NCBI GenBank assembly: GCA_035294245.1
Contig: DATGLG010000067.1
Coordinates: forward strand, 173,726 to 237,725
Source: Alphaproteobacteria bacterium
GTDB lineage: Bacteria; Pseudomonadota; Alphaproteobacteria; JACZXZ01
Length of the DNA stretch: 64,000 nucleotides
Direction: 5' to 3'
The translations under genes were made by a program, and so were the position numbers. Below, in pieces: positions 1 to 7,637 of the stretch. The notes beneath the pieces are model-generated. The model had not been told where the DNA came from. It did no database searches and saw only the letters and a list, made by a program, of their open reading frames with translations. Each line of letters opens with the position of its first letter. Within the stretch, counting starts at the first letter, position 1.

Positions 1-276
1 CAGCAGCGAGACGGGAATCATCACCTTGACGGTCGTGGCGAGCGCGTCGAGCCAGGCCGCGCTGCCGAAGAACTTCTCGTACCATTGCAGGGAGAAGCCC
101 GGCGGCGGGAAGCTCAAGAAGGGGGCCGAGCTGAAGGAGATGATGATAACAATGGCAAGCGGCGCCAGCATCATCACGACGACGAGGGCGCAGACGAGGA
201 AGCGCAGGAGCGCCCACCAGCGGATCGCCGGGACTGCGAGCCGCGGCCGGGTCGGGGCGGCGAGGGTCGCGGTCAT
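1..276 (-). CDS. ABC transporter permease (PotC/PotI-like), truncated by window edge (start at 276, 3' end beyond position 1)
   Basis: Reverse-strand translation from ATG at 276..274 gives MTATLAAPTRPRLAVPAIRWWALLRFLVCALVVVMMLAPLAIVIIISFSS..., a typical permease N-terminus. ATGA start/stop overlap with upstream permease gene. Confidence 0.55.
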   Translation of the reverse strand, partial: MTATLAAPTRPRLAVPAIRWWALLRFLVCALVVVMMLAPLAIVIIISFSSAPFLSFPPPGFSLQWYEKFFGSAAWLDALATTVKVMIPVSLL

Positions 277-1130
277 CGTGCCCAGCCCGCCCGTGCCGCC
301 GTCGCGCGGCGGATGAGCGCGAAGCTGATCGCCGTTCCCACCAGGAGGATCATGGCGAGCGCCGCAGCGAGGCCCCAATTTCCGAAATCCTCGATCTGGA
401 TGAGAATGAGCTGCGCGATCATGACGTCTTGCCGGCCGCCGAGCAGGGCCGGCGTGATGAAGTAGCCGAGCGAGATGATGAAGACGAGGGCACAGCCGGT
501 GAGGGCGCCGGGCAGGCTGAGCTGGAGATAGACGCGCAGGAAGTTGCGCCAGGGCGGCGCCCCGAGCGTCGCCGCCGCCTGGGTGTAGAGAGGATCGATC
601 TTCGTCAGCACGGAATAGAGCGGCAGGATCATGAAGGGGAGCTGCACCTGCACCATGCCGATGAGGACGCCGATGCGGTTGTAGATGAGGTCCGCCGGCG
701 TCTTCAGCAGACCGAGGCCGATCAGCATGTCGTTGATGAGCCCGTCCCGCTGCAGCACCACCATCCAGGCGAAAGTGCGCACAAGAAGGCTCGTCCAGAA
801 CGGGACGAGGACGATGAACACGAGAAAGCGGCGCGCGCGCGCGCCCGCATGGGCCATGGTATAGGCGACGGGATAGCCGATCGCGAGGCAGAGGGCCGTG
901 ACCGAGGCGCTGATGACGATGGTGTTCCAGAAGACGCGCAGATAGACGGGCTGCTGGAGCGCGCTCGCATAGTTCTGCAAGCCCCAGACGGGCTCGTTCA
1001 CGCTGCGCAGGAGAAGCCAGCCGACGGGATAGAGGAACACCACGAGGAGCAGCAGAACCGCGGGAGTCACCAGCCAGGCGCGGCCGTCGATGCCCTCCGC
1101 CGCCGTGCCTCCGATGCGGCCGATCCTCAT
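273..1130 (-). CDS. ABC transporter permease, spermidine/putrescine type (PotB/PotH-like)
   Basis: 285-aa ORF; six-TM permease with EAA-like loop; operon position between SBP and second permease. Confidence 0.8.
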   Translation of the reverse strand: MRIGRIGGTAAEGIDGRAWLVTPAVLLLLVVFLYPVGWLLLRSVNEPVWGLQNYASALQQPVYLRVFWNTIVISASVTALCLAIGYPVAYTMAHAGARARRFLVFIVLVPFWTSLLVRTFAWMVVLQRDGLINDMLIGLGLLKTPADLIYNRIGVLIGMVQVQLPFMILPLYSVLTKIDPLYTQAAATLGAPPWRNFLRVYLQLSLPGALTGCALVFIISLGYFITPALLGGRQDVMIAQLILIQIEDFGNWGLAAALAMILLVGTAISFALIRRATAARAGWAR

Positions 1131-1203
1131 GCGCCGCCACTAAGGTCGCCCCGCGGGGCGCGGAAGACGTCGAGGTTGCAAGTCGCCGTCCTGCTTCGCG
1201 CCG

Positions 1204-2325
1204 CTATGAGAGCTTCCACAAGGTCCAACGGTCCTGCAGCGTCTTCAGATGGTCGCGCCAGTATTCGGCGTTGAGGAGAAAGCCCTTGTCGGCATTCGCG
1301 GGGTTGGTTGCGAGCCACGGTGCGATATCCTTGTCGATCCAGGCGAAGGCCTTGGGATTGGTCGGCGAGTAGGCGACGAGATTGGCGACTTTCGCCTGGT
1401 TCTCCGCCACCGTCATCTCGTCGATCAGGCCCATGGCGAGCGGCAGATGCTTGCTTCCCTTCGGCACCACGAGATAATCGATCGATTGGATGTTCTGGTT
1501 CCACTCGATCGCCAGCTTGCCGCCTTTCTTGACCGCGTCATAGGCGCGCCCGTTGAGGATGGTGCCGCAGGCGATCTCGCCGTCGACCAGGAGCTGCTGG
1601 GACTGGGAGTTGGTCTGCCAGAAGATGATGTCGTTCTTGATGGTGTTGAGCTTGGCGAAGGCGCGCTCGACATCGAGGGGATAGAGCTTGTCCGGCGGCA
1701 CGCCGTCGGCCATGAGGGCGATCTCCATGTTGGGCGAGGCGCTGTCGTTGAGCGCGCGCTTGCCGGGAAAGCGCTTGACGTCGAAGACGTCCGCCCAGCT
1801 CTTCGGATGGTTGTCGCCGGAAAACGTGCGCGTGCTGTAGCCGATATTGTAGGACCACACGATATTGCCGATGCCATAGGGATTCACATAGGCCGGCTTG
1901 ACCCGCGCGACGTCCACCGCCTTGGTGTCGATCTTCTCCAGAAGCCCGTCCTTGGCGACGTTGTAGAGCATGGCGTCGGTCACGTCGACGACGTCCCAGA
2001 TCGGATCGCCCGATTCCGCCATGGCGCGGAACTTGGCGACGCTGACGGGTCCGTCTTGAACCACCATCGCCCCCGTTTTCTGCGCGAAGGGATCGCAATA
2101 GGCGACCTTCTCGGCATCCTGATAGGCGCCGCCCCAGCTCGCGAAGACGACGCGCTGGCCCGCGAACTTGCCCGCAGCACGGGCTGGGCGGGCGAGGGCG
2201 CCGGCACTCGCGGCGGCCAATGCCCCGCCGGTCACGGCGAGGAAGGCGCGGCGCGTGAATTCGGGATCGCGTCCGCGGCATCCCTCGGCACCGGCGGGCT
2301 TGCTCGGAATCTTGTCCTTGTTCAT
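1204..2325 (-). CDS. ABC transporter periplasmic substrate-binding protein, polyamine type (PotD/PotF-like), Tat/Sec signal
   Basis: Real start is MNKDKIPSK... (ATG rc at 2325), with RRAFLAVTGGALAAASAGALA signal. The longer 846-aa ORF is an antisense artefact. PotD/PotF-family similarity by eye. Confidence 0.8.
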   Translation of the reverse strand: MNKDKIPSKPAGAEGCRGRDPEFTRRAFLAVTGGALAAASAGALARPARAAGKFAGQRVVFASWGGAYQDAEKVAYCDPFAQKTGAMVVQDGPVSVAKFRAMAESGDPIWDVVDVTDAMLYNVAKDGLLEKIDTKAVDVARVKPAYVNPYGIGNIVWSYNIGYSTRTFSGDNHPKSWADVFDVKRFPGKRALNDSASPNMEIALMADGVPPDKLYPLDVERAFAKLNTIKNDIIFWQTNSQSQQLLVDGEIACGTILNGRAYDAVKKGGKLAIEWNQNIQSIDYLVVPKGSKHLPLAMGLIDEMTVAENQAKVANLVAYSPTNPKAFAWIDKDIAPWLATNPANADKGFLLNAEYWRDHLKTLQDRWTLWKLS

Positions 2326-2465
2326 GGCTTGAACCCTCTCCCAGAAATCCGCGCGCGGACCCGGCCCGCGGCGCGCACACTCCCGCTCCCGCGCCCCCTT
2401 CTCTCGCCGCGCGTTTCGCGCGGGCGACGGCGCCGTCTCGCAGCGACGGCGCTCCGGCGGCATGA

Positions 2466-2483
2466 TTGTTTGTATAGAAACAA
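2466..2483. promoter_or_regulatory. Near-perfect palindrome TTGTTTG-TATA-GAAACAA in AT-rich divergent promoter region between pot-like operon and Rieske oxygenase gene
   Basis: Seen directly; 7-4-7 inverted repeat inside an AT-rich patch of otherwise GC-rich DNA. Confidence 0.3.
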
Positions 2484-2589
2484 ATCCTGTGCTTAAATAA
2501 AAGGGGATTCTTCCGCGGGCGGCACGGGATGAGGGCTTCGGCGCGAGGCCGCGGGCGAAGGGTCGGAACCAACCAGGACGAGGACGGCC

Positions 2590-3768
2590 ATGAACGCACC
2601 AGCTGCTTTGGGACAGCTCCTTCCCCTCGAGGCCTATACTTCGGACGAGTGGTTCCGCGCCGAGCAGGCCAAGCTGTTCGGCAAGGCCTGGGTCTTCGCG
2701 GGCATGGCCGAGGACCTGAGGGCGCCGGGCGATTACCAATGCGTCGATTCCGGCGCGTCCTCGCTGATTCTCCTGCGCGACAGACAGGGCGAGCTGCGCG
2801 CCTTCCACAATGTGTGCCGCCACCGCGGCGCGCGCCTGCTGGAAGGGCGCGGCAATGTGGGGAGCGCCATCACCTGCTTCTATCACAATTGGACCTATGA
2901 GCTGAGCGGCGCCTTGACCGGCGTCACCCTCGGGCGCGACCAGTTTCCCGGCATCGACAAGTCCTGCTATGGCCTGCGCCGGGCCCAGGTGGGGCGCTGG
3001 AAGAACCTCGTCTTCGTGAATCCCGATCCCGCCGCGGAATCCTTCGACGACTGGCTCGCCGGGGTGCCGGAGGCGCGCACCCTCAACGAGCCGGGCCAGC
3101 TCGCGCTCCACGATCCCGAGCGGCTGGTCGAGGTGTCGAGCGTGCGCTACCGCGTGCACGCCAATTGGAAGATCGTCGTCGAGAACTTCATCGACGGCTA
3201 TCACCTCCCGCTGCTGCACAAGGTCTCCCTCGGCGACGGCGATTTCATGAGGCAGAAATGGGCGCCGCGCGGCCGCCACGTCACCTTCTACCGCCCGCTC
3301 AAGCCCGGCATCTCCTATAACGACCAGCCCTTGCCGGTGATCGAGGGCATCCCGCCCACCTATGGTCTCGCCTATTACTGGCTCTTCCCCAGCGTGGCGA
3401 TCACCGAGACCGCGACCTTCTGGACGACCTTCCACGTCATCCCTCTCTCGGCCCGGGACAGCATCGTCCACAGTCGCCTGCGCGCGATGCCCGAGGCGCT
3501 CGCGCGCAAGGGCAGCCGGCAGGTGGCGGTGAACCAGGCGCTGCCGCGCCACGTGATCAGCGCCGAAGGTCCCTATGCGGAGATGCGGCTCGACCTGAGC
3601 GAGACCCATCCGCTCCAGTCGAACAACGTCATGGCCGAGGACATTTATGCCTGCGAGGCGGTGCAGCGGGGCATGGACTCGGGCTCCTGCGAGATCGGCC
3701 CCCTCTCCAAATGGGAATCGACTCTGACCTTCTTCCAGAAGCACGTGCTCGATTATATGGGGGCGTGA
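2590..3768 (+). CDS. Rieske (2Fe-2S) non-heme iron oxygenase alpha subunit, stand-alone (GbcA/CntA-like architecture)
   Basis: 392 aa; Rieske motif CRHRG...CFYHNW (CxH-x17-CxxH); catalytic domain with conserved His/Asp region. No beta subunit or reductase adjacent. Confidence 0.85.
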   Translation: MNAPAALGQLLPLEAYTSDEWFRAEQAKLFGKAWVFAGMAEDLRAPGDYQCVDSGASSLILLRDRQGELRAFHNVCRHRGARLLEGRGNVGSAITCFYHNWTYELSGALTGVTLGRDQFPGIDKSCYGLRRAQVGRWKNLVFVNPDPAAESFDDWLAGVPEARTLNEPGQLALHDPERLVEVSSVRYRVHANWKIVVENFIDGYHLPLLHKVSLGDGDFMRQKWAPRGRHVTFYRPLKPGISYNDQPLPVIEGIPPTYGLAYYWLFPSVAITETATFWTTFHVIPLSARDSIVHSRLRAMPEALARKGSRQVAVNQALPRHVISAEGPYAEMRLDLSETHPLQSNNVMAEDIYACEAVQRGMDSGSCEIGPLSKWESTLTFFQKHVLDYMGA

Positions 3769-3795
3769 GGCGCTTCGATTCGATCGAAGATCATC

Positions 3796-3911
3796 GTCAC
3801 CCCGGCCGACCCCGGATTGATCCGGGGAAGAGCCGGGCCCCAGCTTGAAGCGATGTCGCAGTGCTGGGCCCCGGATCGCGCCGCGCTGCCGCGCAGCTTG
3901 TCCGGGGTGAC
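3796..3911 (+). repeat. 116-bp MITE/REP-like structured repeat element, copy A (12-bp terminal inverted repeats gtcaccccggcc...ggccggggtgac)
   Basis: ~90% identical to the reverse complement of 5807..5922. Internal hairpins; no coding capacity. Confidence 0.65.
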
Positions 3912-4044
3912 GACGAGTGGAGCAAAATCCTACTTGATTCAGCAGCGAATGCAGGCAATCGTCGCGAAGCGATGACGTCGCGGATCACGAGCCAGCTCGG
4001 AGTCAAGACGCACGATCCCGTAATTCTTAGTAAGCTTATTTTAT

Positions 4045-4809
4045 CTAGGCTGCGCCGCCCGGTCGGCGCGCGCGCCGCTTGACAAATGCCGAAGCCGCAA
4101 GCTCCCGCTGCCCGGCCGGCTCCCGGCCTGCCGCGGCAAACAGGCTGAGCGCGAACCAAGAAGAGAATGCCTCCACCTCGCCACGCGACCCATCAAGACG
4201 AAGCCGGCCGTCGCGAATGGCGCTCTGGATTGGAACGTGGCCAAGCCAGATTTGTGTGAGGACACGCAAATTGGCTTCGACGAAAAGGTCGACGTCGAAG
4301 CCGGGATCGCGATAGCACAGATCGACAGCGCCGCGCTCGAAGACCAACCAGTAACGGCGTCGGCTGATCGGCACGCCGGAGAGTCGGAATTCGACGACCA
4401 ACCGCCGATTCCGCCTCGGCGCATGGGCCGCAACGTTGCGGCGAATGTCCCACATCAAAAGATCGGGGTCCAAATTCGCGGTATCGACGAGATCATGACG
4501 GAGCCAGCGCTGCGCCCAGAGCCCCATTTTCTCGACCACCGGGAAAAGCTCCCGGCCGGCCGCCGTCAGGTGATACTCGACGCCGCCACCCTCTCTGCGC
4601 CGACGCTCGACGATACCGGCGAACTGCAGCTGCCTGAGACGTTGCGTCAGCAGCGCCGACGACATTCGCGGCACCCCGCGCTGCAGATCGTTGAAGCGGA
4701 CGCTGCCGCACAACAGCTCCCGGATGACCAGCGGCATCCATCGCTCGGCCAATATCTCGGCCGCAAGGGCAATCGGACAGAACTGGCCGTATCCGCGTCT
4801 CTCAGCCAT
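4045..4809 (-). CDS. HxlR-family (MarR-like winged-helix) transcriptional regulator with ~130-aa C-terminal extension
   Basis: Start MAERRGYGQFCPIALAAEILAERWMPLVIRELL... is the HxlR signature. Last ~20 codons lie inside the duplicated junction segment 4015..4105. Confidence 0.75.
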   Translation of the reverse strand: MAERRGYGQFCPIALAAEILAERWMPLVIRELLCGSVRFNDLQRGVPRMSSALLTQRLRQLQFAGIVERRRREGGGVEYHLTAAGRELFPVVEKMGLWAQRWLRHDLVDTANLDPDLLMWDIRRNVAAHAPRRNRRLVVEFRLSGVPISRRRYWLVFERGAVDLCYRDPGFDVDLFVEANLRVLTQIWLGHVPIQSAIRDGRLRLDGSRGEVEAFSSWFALSLFAAAGREPAGQRELAASAFVKRRARRPGGAA

Positions 4810-4818
4810 GCCATATCC

Positions 4819-4888
4819 TAGCAAGAAACCACGTCGTGGCCACTTCACATTTTAAAGTTGAGGGCTCGGGCAGTCGGGGCGAAGCTCT
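4819..4888 (+). promoter_or_regulatory. ~70-bp promoter/operator module (copy 1) containing palindrome ccacgtcgtgg, upstream of PEP-CTERM gene and divergent from hxlR
   Basis: Recurs at 5952..6018 upstream of the ACAD-family gene (agcaagaaa...cacttcaca(t/a)tt(t/g)aa(a)gttga(g/a)ggctcgggc(a/g)gtcggggcgaagctctc). Confidence 0.4.
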
Positions 4889-4953
4889 CACACCGGGACA
4901 TGCGCGGCTCTCAAAGAGCATTACCCTCGTCGTCTTCTGCGAAGGAGACGTTT

Positions 4954-5742
4954 ATGTCGAATGGTAATTCCTTGGGCTTTCCGAACGGCGTACGCGCCGC
5001 GCTGCTCGTTGTCGCCGCCATACTGGCCAACACGAGCGCAGCAACTGCGGGCGTGTGGCAGTCGGGCGACGAGATCACTTACACCCAAGTCTCGTGGCCC
5101 GACAATGCGACGGCTGCCGCGCTGCTCACCGACCATTACAGCAGCGTGTATCTGTCCACCTCCGACGTTTTTGAGGTGGGCATCCCCGGCCCGAGCGGCT
5201 TTTCATTAAGCTTTGGCGATGCGTCGCATGTGCTGGCCTTTTTGCCCGAGGCCGGTATACCTGGGCCGCTCACCCAAAGTCAGACTAATCCCGGCTCCAG
5301 CGAATCCGGTCTGTTCGCTGGCGATGTGATGGCGTTGAAATTGGACGTTGACTTTTCGGATGCGGGGCTTCTGCTGGGCAGCTCCGGGATTCCGTTCGGG
5401 GACCTCGTCCTCAGCAACTTCCTGGTCGAAACATCCGACGCGGACCTCAACGGCTTAACCGTGCGCGAGTTTCTGGCCGACGACAACATGGCACTCGGTG
5501 GCGGTCCCAGCCTGAAACCCATCGCTATCATGGACTCGATTACCGAAGACGTGAATATTGCTTTTGATGGCGGTATCGTGACCCCGTTCGCGCAGGATCA
5601 TCTCGTGGCCCCCAGCATGCCCGTCTCTGCCGTGCCGGAGCCGTCCAGTTGGGTTCTGCTCGGCGCCGGGCTGGCGGCCCTCGCCGCGACCCGGCGCTGG
5701 CGAAAAACTAAAATCGGCGGCGGTCTCAAGCGCGTCTCGTGA
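4954..5742 (+). CDS. PEP-CTERM sorting-domain secreted protein
   Basis: RBS aaggag then ATG; signal peptide MSNGNSLGFPNGVRAALLVVAAILANTSAATA; C-terminus VPEPSSWVLLGAGLAALAATRRWRK is a PEP-CTERM motif. Confidence 0.75.
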   Translation: MSNGNSLGFPNGVRAALLVVAAILANTSAATAGVWQSGDEITYTQVSWPDNATAAALLTDHYSSVYLSTSDVFEVGIPGPSGFSLSFGDASHVLAFLPEAGIPGPLTQSQTNPGSSESGLFAGDVMALKLDVDFSDAGLLLGSSGIPFGDLVLSNFLVETSDADLNGLTVREFLADDNMALGGGPSLKPIAIMDSITEDVNIAFDGGIVTPFAQDHLVAPSMPVSAVPEPSSWVLLGAGLAALAATRRWRKTKIGGGLKRVS

Positions 5743-5806
5743 GTCGTAGAGAAGGCGATTGCGCTCCGGATTGGCTGGAGAAGGGCAGTTGCATCCGTTT
5801 TTATTC

Positions 5807-5922
5807 GTCACCCCGGACAAGCCGTGCGAAAGCACGGCGCGATCCGGGGCCCAGTACTGCGACATCGCTTCAAGCTGGGCCCCGGCTTCCCCCGGATCAC
5901 GTTCGGGGTCGGCCGGGGTGAC
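5807..5922 (+). repeat. 116-bp MITE/REP-like structured repeat element, copy B (inverted relative to copy A)
   Basis: gtcaccccggac...gtcggccggggtgac. Contains gccgtgc-gaaa-gcacggc hairpin and long imperfect hairpin gatccggggcccag...ctgggccccgg. Confidence 0.65.
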
Positions 5923-5951
5923 ATGGGGGAATCGAAATGAGAGACGTTAAT

Positions 5952-6018
5952 CACGAGCAAGAAAAAGCGTCTCCTCCACTTCACATATTGAAGTTGAAGG
6001 CTCGGGCGGTCGGGGCGA
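5952..6018 (+). promoter_or_regulatory. ~70-bp promoter/operator module (copy 2) upstream of ACAD-family gene
   Basis: Paralogous to 4819..4888; ORF-track translations of both contain ARAVGAKLS. Confidence 0.4.
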
Positions 6019-6050
6019 AGCTCTCGCGGACGCCCAAATCGAGGTCCGCC

Positions 6051-7184
6051 ATGTCCCGATCTCTCGACCTGGAAGCGCTTGCGGAGAGCATTGGACCGCG
6101 CTTTGCCGAGGGCGCGGCCGAGCGCGATCAAGGCGACGTCTTCGTATCGGGACACTACGATATTCTGAAAGAGCACAAGGTCTTTTCGGCGCTGGTTCCT
6201 GTCGAGCTCGGGGGTGCCGGTGCGCGCCATAGCGCCATGTGCGCCTTTCTGCGGCGGCTCGCCCATTATTGCCCATCGACGGCGCTGGCGCTGTCCATGC
6301 ACCAGCACCTCGTCGCGGCCGCGGTCTACCACCACCTCAACGGCAGGCCCGGAAAGGCGCTGCTGGAGCGGGTTGCAGCCAACGAGACGGTTCTCATCTC
6401 GACCGGCGCCAATGATTGGATGGAATCGAGCGGCACCATGGAGCGCGCCGCCGGCGGCTACCGCGTCAGCGCCAGAAAGCCGTTCGGCAGCGGTTCGCCT
6501 AAGGGCGGGGTCCTGGTGACCTCCGCGACGTTTAACGATCCCAAGGACGGCTGGCAGGTCCTGCATTTCGCCGTTCCTTTCGCCGCGCCCGGGATTTCGC
6601 TGGCCGATGATTGGCGCGCGCTCGGCATGCGCTCAACCGGCTCCCACACGATCGTTCTGGATAACGTCTTCGTGCCGGATGATGCGATCGCGCTGCGGCG
6701 GCCGCGCGGCCGGTTCCATCCCGCCTGGAATGTGATTCTGACTGTGGCAATGCCGCTGATTATGTCGGTTTACGCCGGGGTCGCAGAGGCTGCTGCGGCG
6801 ATTGGAGGCGAGCAGGCAAAAAAGCGCTCGAATGATCCAGCCGTGCCGTATCTGCTCGGCGAGCTGGCCAACGAGCTGACGACGGTCCAGCTTGCCATTG
6901 CCGACATGGTTCGCCTCGCCAACGACTTCGATTTCGCCATGAAGCTGGAGGTTGCCAACGCCATGCTGGTGCGCAAGACGATCGTCGCCGAGCATGTGCT
7001 GTCGACGGTGGAAAAGGCATTGGAGGCGGCCGGCGGCGCCGGCTTTTATCGTCCTGCCGGGCTCGAGCGGCTGTTGCGCGACGCCCATGGCGCGCAATTC
7101 CATCCCCTCTCAGCGAAACGCCAGCACCGGTTCACCGGCCGCATTGCGCTCGGCCTCGATCCTATCGCGGATGCGCCGGCCTGA
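6051..7184 (+). CDS. Acyl-CoA dehydrogenase family flavoprotein (possibly ACAD-type flavin monooxygenase)
   Basis: 378 aa from MSRSLDLEALAESIGPRF...; ACAD N/middle/C domain architecture by eye. Exact substrate unknown. Confidence 0.7.
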   Translation: MSRSLDLEALAESIGPRFAEGAAERDQGDVFVSGHYDILKEHKVFSALVPVELGGAGARHSAMCAFLRRLAHYCPSTALALSMHQHLVAAAVYHHLNGRPGKALLERVAANETVLISTGANDWMESSGTMERAAGGYRVSARKPFGSGSPKGGVLVTSATFNDPKDGWQVLHFAVPFAAPGISLADDWRALGMRSTGSHTIVLDNVFVPDDAIALRRPRGRFHPAWNVILTVAMPLIMSVYAGVAEAAAAIGGEQAKKRSNDPAVPYLLGELANELTTVQLAIADMVRLANDFDFAMKLEVANAMLVRKTIVAEHVLSTVEKALEAAGGAGFYRPAGLERLLRDAHGAQFHPLSAKRQHRFTGRIALGLDPIADAPA

Positions 7185-7196
7185 AGTCTGGGAGCA

Positions 7197-7300
7197 GTCG
7201 TGGGGTGGACGCCGGCTCCTGCGAGATCGGCTCCCTCTCCAAATGGGAATCGACGCTGCCTTTCTTCCAGAAGCACGTGCTCGACGATATGGGGGTGTGA
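7197..7300 (+). pseudogene. Remnant 3' end (34 codons plus stop) of a Rieske oxygenase gene; duplicate of 3670..3773
   Basis: Reads ...RGVDAGSCEIGSLSKWESTLPFFQKHVLDDMGV* versus RGMDSGSCEIGPLSKWESTLTFFQKHVLDYMGA* in the intact gene. No upstream coding body. Confidence 0.55.
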
Positions 7301-7637
7301 GGCTCTCCCGAGAGCGAGGTCATTGCGAGCGCCCGCGGCCGAGCCAGCAAGGCGGCGGGAGCGCGGCAATCCAGTCTCCTGGATCGCCACGATCGCGGAG
7401 CCTGTCCTCGGGCCGGCTTTCAGCCGGACCCGTGGGCGATCTCGCGATGATGGTTGCGACGCGACAAGGACGTCACCGCGAGCCGGAGGGGAAGCTTTGC
7501 GATGACGACGGGCCCGTGATTCTGCGCCGCTCCCGTAACCCTTAGTAAACTTATCTGGTCTAGGCTGCGCCGCCTGATCGGCGAGCGCGACGCTTGACAA
7601 ATGTCGATGCCGCAGGCGCCGCTCAGGATTCGAGCCT

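Noticed and set aside
2326-3744. Upstream part of the 846-aa minus-strand ORF 1204..3744
   Set aside because: Antisense to the well-supported Rieske oxygenase gene. Only the 3' 374 codons (1204..2325), beginning at MNKDK with a signal peptide, look like a real SBP. The long ORF is a high-GC artefact aided by alternative start codons in the ORF track.
7596-7601. ttgaca -35-like hexamer in the repeated ttgacaaatg segment upstream of the MCP gene (also at 4078 in repeat copy 1)
   Set aside because: No convincing -10 hexamer at 16-18 bp spacing. Kept only as part of the repeat finding, not as a called promoter.
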